DNA of 54,763 nt, from NCBI GenBank assembly GCA_036405935.1, contig DASWWQ010000169.1, positions 1 to 54,763 of the forward strand, given 5' to 3'. This document shows positions 29,037-36,806 of the stretch, one piece after another. Source of the stretch: Flavobacteriales bacterium. Lineage in GTDB: Bacteria > Bacteroidota > Bacteroidia > Flavobacteriales_F > PHOS-HE28. The notes beneath the pieces are model-generated. The model did no database searches and had not been told where the DNA came from. It saw only the letters and a list, made by a program, of their open reading frames with translations. Position numbers and translations under genes: made by a program. How positions within the stretch are numbered: the first letter of the stretch is position 1; every line of letters starts with the position of its first letter.

Positions 29037-30436
29037 TTGAACAGCTCACTTCACCTTCAGTTTGCCTGATTGACGACGAAGCCGAGGACTATGGGCCGAT
29101 GCTAAAGGCCTTGTTCAGGCTGGGGGTCGCATGTATTCACTTTACAGGCTCGTCACATAAAGGAACGCCCAAGAAGCCTTTGGCAGATTTGCAACTCGTG
29201 TTCATGGATTTGCATCTGCAAGGCAGCATGGGCAAAACGGCGACTGCTCATGCCGTGAACGTTTTCACAAAGACAGTTTCTCCCAAGGCTGGTCCAGTGG
29301 TGGTGGTCATTTGGAGCAAGTATGCCAACGATCCTCCTCACGATCTCCCTCCCGAAGATGAGGCAACTACAGAAGTTGGCCGTTTCAAAACCGCGCTTAA
29401 GGAAACGATGGGTGATGCCTATGATCGCCTAATCATGTTAGTAATGCCCAAACCTCATCGAAATCAAAGGCCAGCCAATGATCGTTGGGTTCGCGATGTT
29501 GCAAACGGGGTAAAGCAAATTCTTGGGCAGCGCGCGGGTATCGGCCTCCTCTGGTCATGGGAGAAGATGGCAAAAGACGCTGCGGGTTCTGTATGTGGAA
29601 TCTTGACAACGCTCGCACTTGGCATGGCTCGTGCGAGCAATGCACCGGCTACTGATGATGGAGGGGAGCCTCTGAATGAGAACATAAAGCAGCTCATGAA
29701 GCTGCTCGCACAGTCCCAAGGTGCATCAGACTGTAGCCCCAAAACCGCCGCGCGCTACCTCATCATGACGATGAATCAATTGGCGCAAGACCAGCTCGAA
29801 CACTTTGTGATCCCCAAGAAGGTCGATGAACAAGGCGCATGGCTCTCAAATGCCTTGAATGCAAATGAACCCCCAGGATTGGATCGAGCTGAACTGAACG
29901 CGATGCTCCTTAGCACCCAGTCAACGGGACAAGATTTCAAACCGGGTACCGTTTATGAGGTGGAGAATGCCTCGGCGTGGGAGAGGCATACTGGACTGAG
30001 CCTCGAAGAGCTGAGATTCGATTGTTGTGTAAAAGGAGCCACAGCCCTTGCAGAGTTGACAGCCAATAGCACTCTGGTTCTCGTGGAATTGACACCTAGT
30101 TGTGACTACGCTCATGTGGGCAAGAGGAAGACCTCGGTTCTTATGGCGGGGCTTGCTGTAAATGAGGCTGCACTAAGACACATCAAGACAGCAGGAACTA
30201 CTAAAATTATTCCTCAGCCGATTGGCGGCAATCAGAGAAATCCGCTGACTAATCGCTTTGCCACGCCTCAGAAGAAGATTGGATTTGTCTTCTGCAGCAT
30301 GTATCCAACAGTTCTGCCTTTGAAGAAGCAACCTAAATGGATTAAGCCCATGGCGCGATTGCGAGAGACCGTGGCAATGGACGTACGATACTGGGCCTCA
30401 TCGCAAGCCGCCCGAGTGGGCTATCTGTCAGTCTGA
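29033..30436 (+). CDS. Receiver (REC)-domain protein with unassigned ~325-aa C-terminal domain
   Basis: ATGA overlap with the upstream gene. REC signature residues are present: LIDDE (D14, D15), VFMDLHL (D59, nt 29207..29209), VVVIWSKY (S95), VMPKP (K140-P141). I recognise no HTH, TM or catalytic motif downstream. Confidence 0.75.
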   Translation: MIEQLTSPSVCLIDDEAEDYGPMLKALFRLGVACIHFTGSSHKGTPKKPLADLQLVFMDLHLQGSMGKTATAHAVNVFTKTVSPKAGPVVVVIWSKYANDPPHDLPPEDEATTEVGRFKTALKETMGDAYDRLIMLVMPKPHRNQRPANDRWVRDVANGVKQILGQRAGIGLLWSWEKMAKDAAGSVCGILTTLALGMARASNAPATDDGGEPLNENIKQLMKLLAQSQGASDCSPKTAARYLIMTMNQLAQDQLEHFVIPKKVDEQGAWLSNALNANEPPGLDRAELNAMLLSTQSTGQDFKPGTVYEVENASAWERHTGLSLEELRFDCCVKGATALAELTANSTLVLVELTPSCDYAHVGKRKTSVLMAGLAVNEAALRHIKTAGTTKIIPQPIGGNQRNPLTNRFATPQKKIGFVFCSMYPTVLPLKKQPKWIKPMARLRETVAMDVRYWASSQAARVGYLSV

Positions 30437-30563
30437 CGATAAGCTTCAGTCATATCAGTGTTTCTGCCTCTCCCCAGAGAACACCTTGAAGAGCAAGAGG
30501 CCCTCCACCGCTCCTCCAAAGAGCATCCGCGACGTGGATGGTCTGTTGGTCCAAGTCACGGTA

Positions 30564-31016
30564 ATGCCAGATGACTTGCTCCTACTTCTGCGCGCCAGAT
30601 TGGAAGAAGAGATGCGCAAGCGTAAGATTGCATTCTCAGTCGGGGCGGTCGGTGAGGGACTTGTGATAAGCCATTTCAAAGGAACTCCTGGACTACCTAA
30701 TCTTCAACTTGCTCCTACCGGAACGAAGAATGTCGATGCGCTTTCGCGAAATGGTGATCGCTATTCGATCAAGACCATCTGCAATGCGAAGAAGACAGGG
30801 ACGATCTATCCCGACGCTTTGGACAAGGACAGACAGCTTTTTGAGTACTTGATTATCGCGCGTTTGACTGCTGACTGGTCATTGCATAGCATTCATCAGT
30901 TCAGCTGGAGCGCTTTCTTGGAAGTTCGTTCGTGGGACAAACGGATGAACGCTTGGTATGTAGCCATTTCTGAACGAGCCATGGCTAAGGCAACGCGCAT
31001 CTTGCCGGTTGAGTAG
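30564..31016 (+). CDS. Small PD-(D/E)xK-like protein (candidate restriction-endonuclease-fold), hypothetical
   Basis: ORF 30486..31016 uses a TTG start. The first ATG is at 30564 (MPDDLLLLLRARL...). GAVGEGLVISHF...GTKNVDALSRNGDRYSIKT gives an E...D...(S)xK arrangement resembling the nuclease core. The assignment rests on motif only. Confidence 0.45.
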   Translation: MPDDLLLLLRARLEEEMRKRKIAFSVGAVGEGLVISHFKGTPGLPNLQLAPTGTKNVDALSRNGDRYSIKTICNAKKTGTIYPDALDKDRQLFEYLIIARLTADWSLHSIHQFSWSAFLEVRSWDKRMNAWYVAISERAMAKATRILPVE

Positions 31017-31293
31017 GCTCTGCATGTCGCTTTAAGGACAGCAGCTGAAAATCTGGAGCCCGCTTATGCGCGTCTTCGGGCATTTCAACGGCGCGATTTG
31101 AGTACTGGAGCGCTCACAGTTTCTACACCTCGCCCGTTATACCTGCTCATCGGTCCGGATCAGTTATCGCGTTGGGAACTTGATCTCCATTTGCTTCGTG
31201 GTACTCCTCCGGCCGCCAAAACGCCGTCTTCAGCGAGGCAGAAAGGACTTACCTACACAGCATCGGAAACTTCGATCAGGCGTTTCTGTCGAA

Positions 31294-32331
31294 CTACGGC
31301 CGATCCACGAAATCGAAGAAGAAGGCGAAACCGTGTTGCTGTTCCAAGACGTGCTTCGCTTCGTCGGCCGCGTAGGTCTGGAGGTGGATGGTGGCCCGAT
31401 TGCGCTCCACCTGCAGCAGACCTTCCGGTGTGGAGGTGAAGGTGGCTTGGCGCGGTCCCCGGAACACATTGAAGTAGCCGTTCGGGTCCGGAGAAAGGGT
31501 GCAGGCTTCCCCACCGTCATCGGTCCCGTGGTGCCAAAGCACGGCGGTCTCGGCGAGTATGGCGAAGTCCTTGGGGTGGAGATAGCCGTTGCGCATGGCT
31601 CGGGCGAAGAGGTCCTGATGATCGGAGAAGAAACACTTGGAATGCAACACGATGTTCATGGGGCATTTCAACCGCAATTCGTTCTCCTCGGGTGGGAGTT
31701 GGCCGTACTCGGCATAGGGGTCTCGGCGACCGGTGCGTTGCAGGAAGCTCGCACGCCCCGCTGTTGTGGTGATCCCCAGCACGCGCTCGTTGATGTACCG
31801 GCCGTGCACGAGGAAGGAATCGAGCAGGAACCGGCGCGTGGCCTCCTCGCTGGTCCGGAACGCGCGTATGCGCTCCGTGTCCGTGCCCATCACCAGCTTG
31901 ATGCTGTCCGAGACATGGCACTGCGTGCAGATGAAGTCGAAGAGGTCCGCACGCTCGGGAGGCTGCACCTGTGCGTCCTTGAACACTTGAGCAACGAGCG
32001 CTCTTTGCCGCGCATCCAAGCCGCGACGCAGTAGGGGAGCGGCATCCAGCGCGGTGATGGGCATGCCCTGGCGCGCGGCGATGCCGAGGAAGTGCAAGAG
32101 GCGCCGCTCGTCCTTCAGGGAAAAAGCGATCTGCGCGGCGATGTAGGGGTCCTTGACGTATGGACGGAACTGCGCGAAAGCCAGGTCGTACTCCACATAG
32201 CAGGAGGAGTCGCGGTGGGCGATGAACTTCCGTTCCGCGGTGTTGATGAGGTCGTAATAGGCGGTGTAGTCGGCGGCGAGAACGGCGCGGCCCAAGAGCA
32301 GGAGCAGGGCGGAGAGCAGGGCTTTGCGCAT
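31294..32331 (-). CDS. Hypothetical secreted protein
   Basis: ORF 31294..32517 trimmed to the ATG at 32331 (MRKALLSALLLLLGRAVLAADY; alternative ATG at 32346). High GC, so the backbone resumes here. Confidence 0.55.
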   Translation of the reverse strand: MRKALLSALLLLLGRAVLAADYTAYYDLINTAERKFIAHRDSSCYVEYDLAFAQFRPYVKDPYIAAQIAFSLKDERRLLHFLGIAARQGMPITALDAAPLLRRGLDARQRALVAQVFKDAQVQPPERADLFDFICTQCHVSDSIKLVMGTDTERIRAFRTSEEATRRFLLDSFLVHGRYINERVLGITTTAGRASFLQRTGRRDPYAEYGQLPPEENELRLKCPMNIVLHSKCFFSDHQDLFARAMRNGYLHPKDFAILAETAVLWHHGTDDGGEACTLSPDPNGYFNVFRGPRQATFTSTPEGLLQVERNRATIHLQTYAADEAKHVLEQQHGFAFFFDFVDRP

Positions 32332-32734
32332 TGCGTCGTTCAGCATGTGACGTGGGCGTACTATTTCGTAGCCACGATCAGGAACGCGAAAATATCCTTC
32401 GTGAAGGCGAAAGGCCGGAGGCCTACATATTCGTGCCGGGGACTTGGTCCGAAGTGACCGGATCAGGCCAAGAACGGATCTACTTGGTTGCCATCGACCG
32501 AACGCGTTCGAACCCAACGGCGTTGATGACCCTTGGATCGAACCCGCTGGAAAGTTCCTGGAACGGCGGAGCCGGTAAGGTGTCCGAAATCGTCATGCCG
32601 GAAGAGTTGTTCGCATCGACATCACCTGCGTGACGGACCGCACATGGCCCTGCGCGGGAAGTTGACGCGTAGCGAGTTCTCGCTATTGGAAGGGTGCCTC
32701 GGTCCGGCGTTCTTTGCTCGTTCAACCTCCTCCC

Positions 32735-35700
32735 ATGCGTGCCCTTTTCCTGTACTTCGTCCTGCTGCCCGTCCTGCTGAAGGCCCAAACACCCACCTAT
32801 GCCTGGGCCCACAGTGTGCGCAACGTAGGCACGGACGGGCAAGGGAACCAGTGCATCGATGTGTCCACCGCCCCCGATGGTAGCCTGTATGCGATCGGGA
32901 TCTCGTACGGCACGGAGGTGATCATCGACGATGTGCTGCTGCCCATGCAGGGCGACCGCCGCTACCTGGTGCGTTTCGACAGCACGGGTAATCCCTTGTG
33001 GAGCCGCAGTCCGGGTGGTTGGGCGGTGGCCGCGGATGGGAATAATGGTGTCTATGTAGCCGGCTTGTTGTTCCAACCGCTCACCTTCGCCGGTACCACC
33101 TACACCCCCAGCGGCAACGATGCCTTCCTGGCGAAATACGGTCCCGATGGCGAGGAACTCTGGCTCCGCAGAATGGGTGGTGCGGGCGATGATGGCGCCT
33201 TCGATGTGGCCGTGGATGGACTGGGCCGCGTGCATGTGAGCGGTTTCTTCACGGGCACGGTGGACTTCGGTGGTGCCACGCTCACGGCCACGCATGCACA
33301 AACGGGTTTCCACGCCAGCTACAACGCTGCCGGTAACCTGCAGTGGGCCGCGCTGGCCGGTGGATACGACCCACCGGAACCGGGGGTGTACACCTGGAAC
33401 GCCCTTGCCTGTGACGGGGAGGGCAACAGCTACATCACGGGCAATTTCACCGGCACCGGTCTGTTCGGAACCAATAGTACGTCCATCAACACCACGCAGA
33501 CCGAACGGCAGTACCTGGCGCGATACGATGCGAACGGCGCCTGCATCTGGGCGGTGGTGAACGGCTCCGCTACGGGGAATGTGGGATCCCACATCTCCCT
33601 ATCCGCCACCGGTGGATTGTACCTGTGCGGCAGTTTCAAGGGTACGGCGGCTTCGTTCGGAGCGAACAACACGGTGTACAATGCGCACCCCAACAACGCT
33701 CAGATCTACGTGGCCCGGTACGACACCGCAGGCGATGGGCAATGGGCCGTGATCCTGACCGGTGGCGTGTTCGGCAGCTCCGCCAGCAGCGTTTGCACCG
33801 ATGCTGCCGGCACGGTGTGGGTGACCGGAACAGCGGGGTCGGGCAGCTCGGACCCGGAGGATGAACTCGTGGATGTCGGTGGCTTCGAGGTATTCGACAA
33901 CCTGATCTTCATTGGTCAGCTCGATCCCGATGGCACGGTGCTGAACGTGGAGAACATGGTGGGCCTGCAATCGCACGGCGCGCACACCATCGATGCCTTC
34001 GGCGCCCACATCACCTACGGATCGCTCTTCAGCTACCGCAATTTCGACCCTGCGGGCATGGCGGTGTTCGGCTCGTCGTTGCTCGATGCCGACAACGGCT
34101 ATGTGGCGCGCTATTCACCCGGCTTCGCATACCGCTGGTTGCGGATGGCGGGGCAGCCTGGCGTGGCGGCTGATGCCACCACCGCCGTGGCGTTGGGCAC
34201 CGCTGGGGAGGTATACAGCACGGGCTACTTCAACACCACGGCCATCATCTGCGGTGACACCTTGTGGGCACCGTTGGAGAACACGCACATCTGGCTGAAC
34301 AAACGTGCGGCGGACGGCAGTTGCTTGTGGAAACGGCAGATCAGGTGCAGCCGCGCCGGCAGCATGTCGCAGGTCAACGCGGCCTTGGGCATGGCCGTAG
34401 CGGCGAACGGCGATGTGGTGTTGTGCGGTCGTTTCTTCGGCACCATCGACTTCGGTGCGGTGCAGTTGACGAGCGTGGGGCGGGCCGACCTCTTCCTGGC
34501 GCGCTTCAACGCGGACGGCACCTGCTTGTGGGCCGTGCGCGGCGGTGGCACCGGTGATGACGAGGGCACCGCGCTCGCGCTGACAGCGAATGGCGACATC
34601 GGGGTCACCGGTGCGTACACGGGCAGCGCCACGATCGCGGGTGTTGCACTCACCAGCCAAGGTGCCACCGACGGTTTCGTGGCGCGGTACAGCGGTAGTG
34701 GGAACAGCCTGGCCTGTGCAAGCTTCGGTGGCAGCGCGGCGGACTTCGGTTCGGCCATTGCCGTGGACGCGACAGGCAACGCATACGTTGCGGGCCGCTT
34801 CACCACCAGCGCCACCTTCGGCACCACCACGCTGGAGAGCACGGCTCTGGAAGACCTCTTCGTAGCGCAATACACGCCCACCAATACCGTGGGGTGGGCA
34901 GTGGGCAGCACGGGTGCGGACCACAAACAAGCGAACGGCATCGCCTTGGGTGCGGGCGGTCGCCTCCATGTGGTAGGCACCTACTACGCGAGCCTCACCT
35001 GGGGTGCCACCACGATCATGGGCGACCCCGCGGCATACCACCCCTTCTTCGCCACCCTGAACACCGCCGGTGAAATGCAATGGTTGCATGACCTGCCCTG
35101 CACCGACGGTTCCGCCCAGGTCATCCGGGTGCGCCCCGGTGGCGAAGTGGTGGTGGGCGGCCAATTCAGCGGAAGTCTGGATGTGGGCACCACGACCGTG
35201 ACCACGAGCGGCACATCGGCAGCTTGGATGGCCGCATTCAACCCCGAAGGCGAAGACCATTGGGTGCAGGTGATGGAGGGCAGTACCAGCGGCGATGCAG
35301 GCCTCTGCTCCACCCTTGCCGTGGACGCCGAACAGGTGATCGCTGGCGGCCATTTCGGCAACTACGTCTTCATGGCCTTTTTCCAACCCGGTTCCACCTT
35401 CTCGTTCGATGCAGGGAGCACTGCTGATGATCTGTTCGCGCCGAACAGTTACGACGCCTACGTGGCGAAGTACACCATCCCGCAGATCATGGCCATCGAT
35501 GAAAGGGGCAGTTCGGCGTTGCTGCTCGCCCCGAACCCGGTGACCCGCACCGGCACCGTCCAACCCGATGCTCCGCTTGCCCCCGACGCCACGGTCCGCA
35601 TCAACGACATCACCGGCCGCACGGTCCACGTACCCTTGCTCCGGCAAACGGAACGGTTCACCTTCGATGCAAGCGCCTTGGCACCGGGAACCTATTTGCT

Positions 35701-35752
35701 CACGCTGGAGCAAGGTGGGATGCAGCGCAGTGTGCGCTTCGTGAAGGAGTGA
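32735..35752 (+). CDS. Large SBBP-type beta-propeller repeat protein with T9SS C-terminal sorting domain
   Basis: ORF 32714..35752 trimmed to the ATG at 32735 (MRALFLYFVLLPVLLKAQ). Repeated GxxxDxGxAIAVDxxGNxYVTGxF units. C-terminus LLLAPNPVTRTGTV...GTYLLTLEQGGMQRSVRFVKE. Confidence 0.8.
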   Translation: MRALFLYFVLLPVLLKAQTPTYAWAHSVRNVGTDGQGNQCIDVSTAPDGSLYAIGISYGTEVIIDDVLLPMQGDRRYLVRFDSTGNPLWSRSPGGWAVAADGNNGVYVAGLLFQPLTFAGTTYTPSGNDAFLAKYGPDGEELWLRRMGGAGDDGAFDVAVDGLGRVHVSGFFTGTVDFGGATLTATHAQTGFHASYNAAGNLQWAALAGGYDPPEPGVYTWNALACDGEGNSYITGNFTGTGLFGTNSTSINTTQTERQYLARYDANGACIWAVVNGSATGNVGSHISLSATGGLYLCGSFKGTAASFGANNTVYNAHPNNAQIYVARYDTAGDGQWAVILTGGVFGSSASSVCTDAAGTVWVTGTAGSGSSDPEDELVDVGGFEVFDNLIFIGQLDPDGTVLNVENMVGLQSHGAHTIDAFGAHITYGSLFSYRNFDPAGMAVFGSSLLDADNGYVARYSPGFAYRWLRMAGQPGVAADATTAVALGTAGEVYSTGYFNTTAIICGDTLWAPLENTHIWLNKRAADGSCLWKRQIRCSRAGSMSQVNAALGMAVAANGDVVLCGRFFGTIDFGAVQLTSVGRADLFLARFNADGTCLWAVRGGGTGDDEGTALALTANGDIGVTGAYTGSATIAGVALTSQGATDGFVARYSGSGNSLACASFGGSAADFGSAIAVDATGNAYVAGRFTTSATFGTTTLESTALEDLFVAQYTPTNTVGWAVGSTGADHKQANGIALGAGGRLHVVGTYYASLTWGATTIMGDPAAYHPFFATLNTAGEMQWLHDLPCTDGSAQVIRVRPGGEVVVGGQFSGSLDVGTTTVTTSGTSAAWMAAFNPEGEDHWVQVMEGSTSGDAGLCSTLAVDAEQVIAGGHFGNYVFMAFFQPGSTFSFDAGSTADDLFAPNSYDAYVAKYTIPQIMAIDERGSSALLLAPNPVTRTGTVQPDAPLAPDATVRINDITGRTVHVPLLRQTERFTFDASALAPGTYLLTLEQGGMQRSVRFVKE

Positions 35753-35815
35753 AACGGGTTCGTGAGCTGAGCCCTTCACCGAGCCCTACCTGTATGTCCC
35801 GGGTGGCAGACCCCG

Positions 35816-36358
35816 CTACATGTTGCGGCGATATTGACCACCGACCTCGAACATGGCGGCGGTCAGCTGCCCCAACGAACAGTACTTGGTCGCCTCCATG
35901 AGCACTTCGAACATGTTCTCGTTCTTGATCGCGGCCTGCTGCAGGTCCTTGATCGCCTTGGCGGCTTCTTCGCTGTAGGCGGCACGCAGGTTCTCCACCG
36001 TGGCGATCTGGGCCTCTTTCTCCTCTTCCGTTGCCCGGATCACCTCCTTCGGCAATACGGTCGGAGAACCTTTGGAACTCAGGAAGGTGTTCACACCGAT
36101 GATCGGGTATTCGCCGGTGTGCTTGAGGGTCTCGTAGTGTGGGTGCCACGAAGATCTCCGATCCAGCGCCACTGCGGCCGGGCCGCAGCCCTGCGGGTGA
36201 GCGCCCCTCGTCCGCCCATACTTCGTTGCTCGTCGGTCAGCTACCGGGTGGTAGCCTCCCTACCTCGCGCCTCGTCTGGCCGAACGATGGACGCTCATGG
36301 CATCTGTTCGGAGATCTCCGAGGCACCCTGGCTCTCCTCCTGGATGCGGCTGCGCTGG
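35816..36358 (-). pseudogene. icmF: 3' remnant of a second icmF copy (last ~125 codons), interrupted by a MITE-like element
   Basis: The ORF 35816..36172 peptide is identical over about 105 aa ([13 protein letters not shown]...GGQYRRNM) to the C-terminus of the intact icmF. By my hand alignment the DNA differs at roughly 25 of about 320 positions, all synonymous and including TCG versus AGC Ser. Homology resumes at 36329..36358 after the insertion. Confidence 0.85.
36141..36328. mobile_element. 188-bp MITE-like element with 23-bp terminal inverted repeats
   Basis: Left end GGGTGCCACGAAGATCTCCGATC (36141..36163). The reverse complement of the right end (36306..36328) is GGGTGCCTCGGAGATCTCCGAAC, 20/23 matching. 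It interrupts sequence that is contiguous in the intact icmF (37128..37140). Confidence 0.6.
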
Positions 36359-36366
36359 ATAGTGGC

Positions 36367-36804
36367 TCATTGAATGTTCAAGGTAAAGGAGCCACCATTC
36401 CCGCAAGCCAGCAGATGCACATTGTAACTACCATTGGGAAAGTCGGTTATGTTCAACCATTGCAGTGAGTCCTGGTCGAACGCAAAGCCAATTGTGTCAA
36501 CTATACCATTCCCGGTTATCCTGTAGTCTGACCTCGTGCCCCAGGGCGGAAAGTGCAGCAGTTGTTGCGGGCACTCATGATCGCGCACAATCGTCGTGTC
36601 AAAGGAGCGTGTTCCGGGAAGATCGAGATCCGCTGGTACGATGAGCGAATAGCGGCAAGTGTCCATGCCGGGCTCTACCTCGCCGTTCCTGATAGCCGTT
36701 TCGCGCATTTCACTGTAATGGCAGAAGACAACGTTCTCCCACCACCAGTTACCGACTGCTCCGGCACCGGCAAGCACAAGCGCGAGGAACAGCCCCCACC
36801 TCAT
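36367..36804 (-). CDS. Hypothetical exported protein (145 aa), low GC
   Basis: Signal-like MRWGLFLALVLAGAGAVG. Exactly fills the gap between the stop of the intact icmF (36807) and the end of the 3' remnant homology (36358). Confidence 0.55.
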   Translation of the reverse strand: MRWGLFLALVLAGAGAVGNWWWENVVFCHYSEMRETAIRNGEVEPGMDTCRYSLIVPADLDLPGTRSFDTTIVRDHECPQQLLHFPPWGTRSDYRITGNGIVDTIGFAFDQDSLQWLNITDFPNGSYNVHLLACGNGGSFTLNIQ

Positions 36805-36806
36805 GG

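Noticed and set aside
25805-31091. 9-bp direct repeat TTTCAACGG at both island edges as attL/attR
   Set aside because: With ~200-nt flanks on each side, a shared 9-mer has roughly a one-in-seven chance expectation. The match does not extend, and no integrase is present. I mention it as a lead, not as a call.
31017-31293. Possible vsr, integrase or transposase remnant in the right-hand island spacer
   Set aside because: Six-frame reading gives only short peptides (for example LKTAFWRPEEYHEANGDQVPNAITDPDR) with no motif I recognise.
34115-35779. 554-aa minus-strand ORF inside the SBBP-repeat gene. The same applies to 46059..48209, 52947..54377, 37110..38429, 39081..40664 and 41379..42596.
   Set aside because: All lie antisense or out of frame to genes with strong domain evidence and show the Arg/Gly/His/Val-rich composition typical of shadow ORFs.
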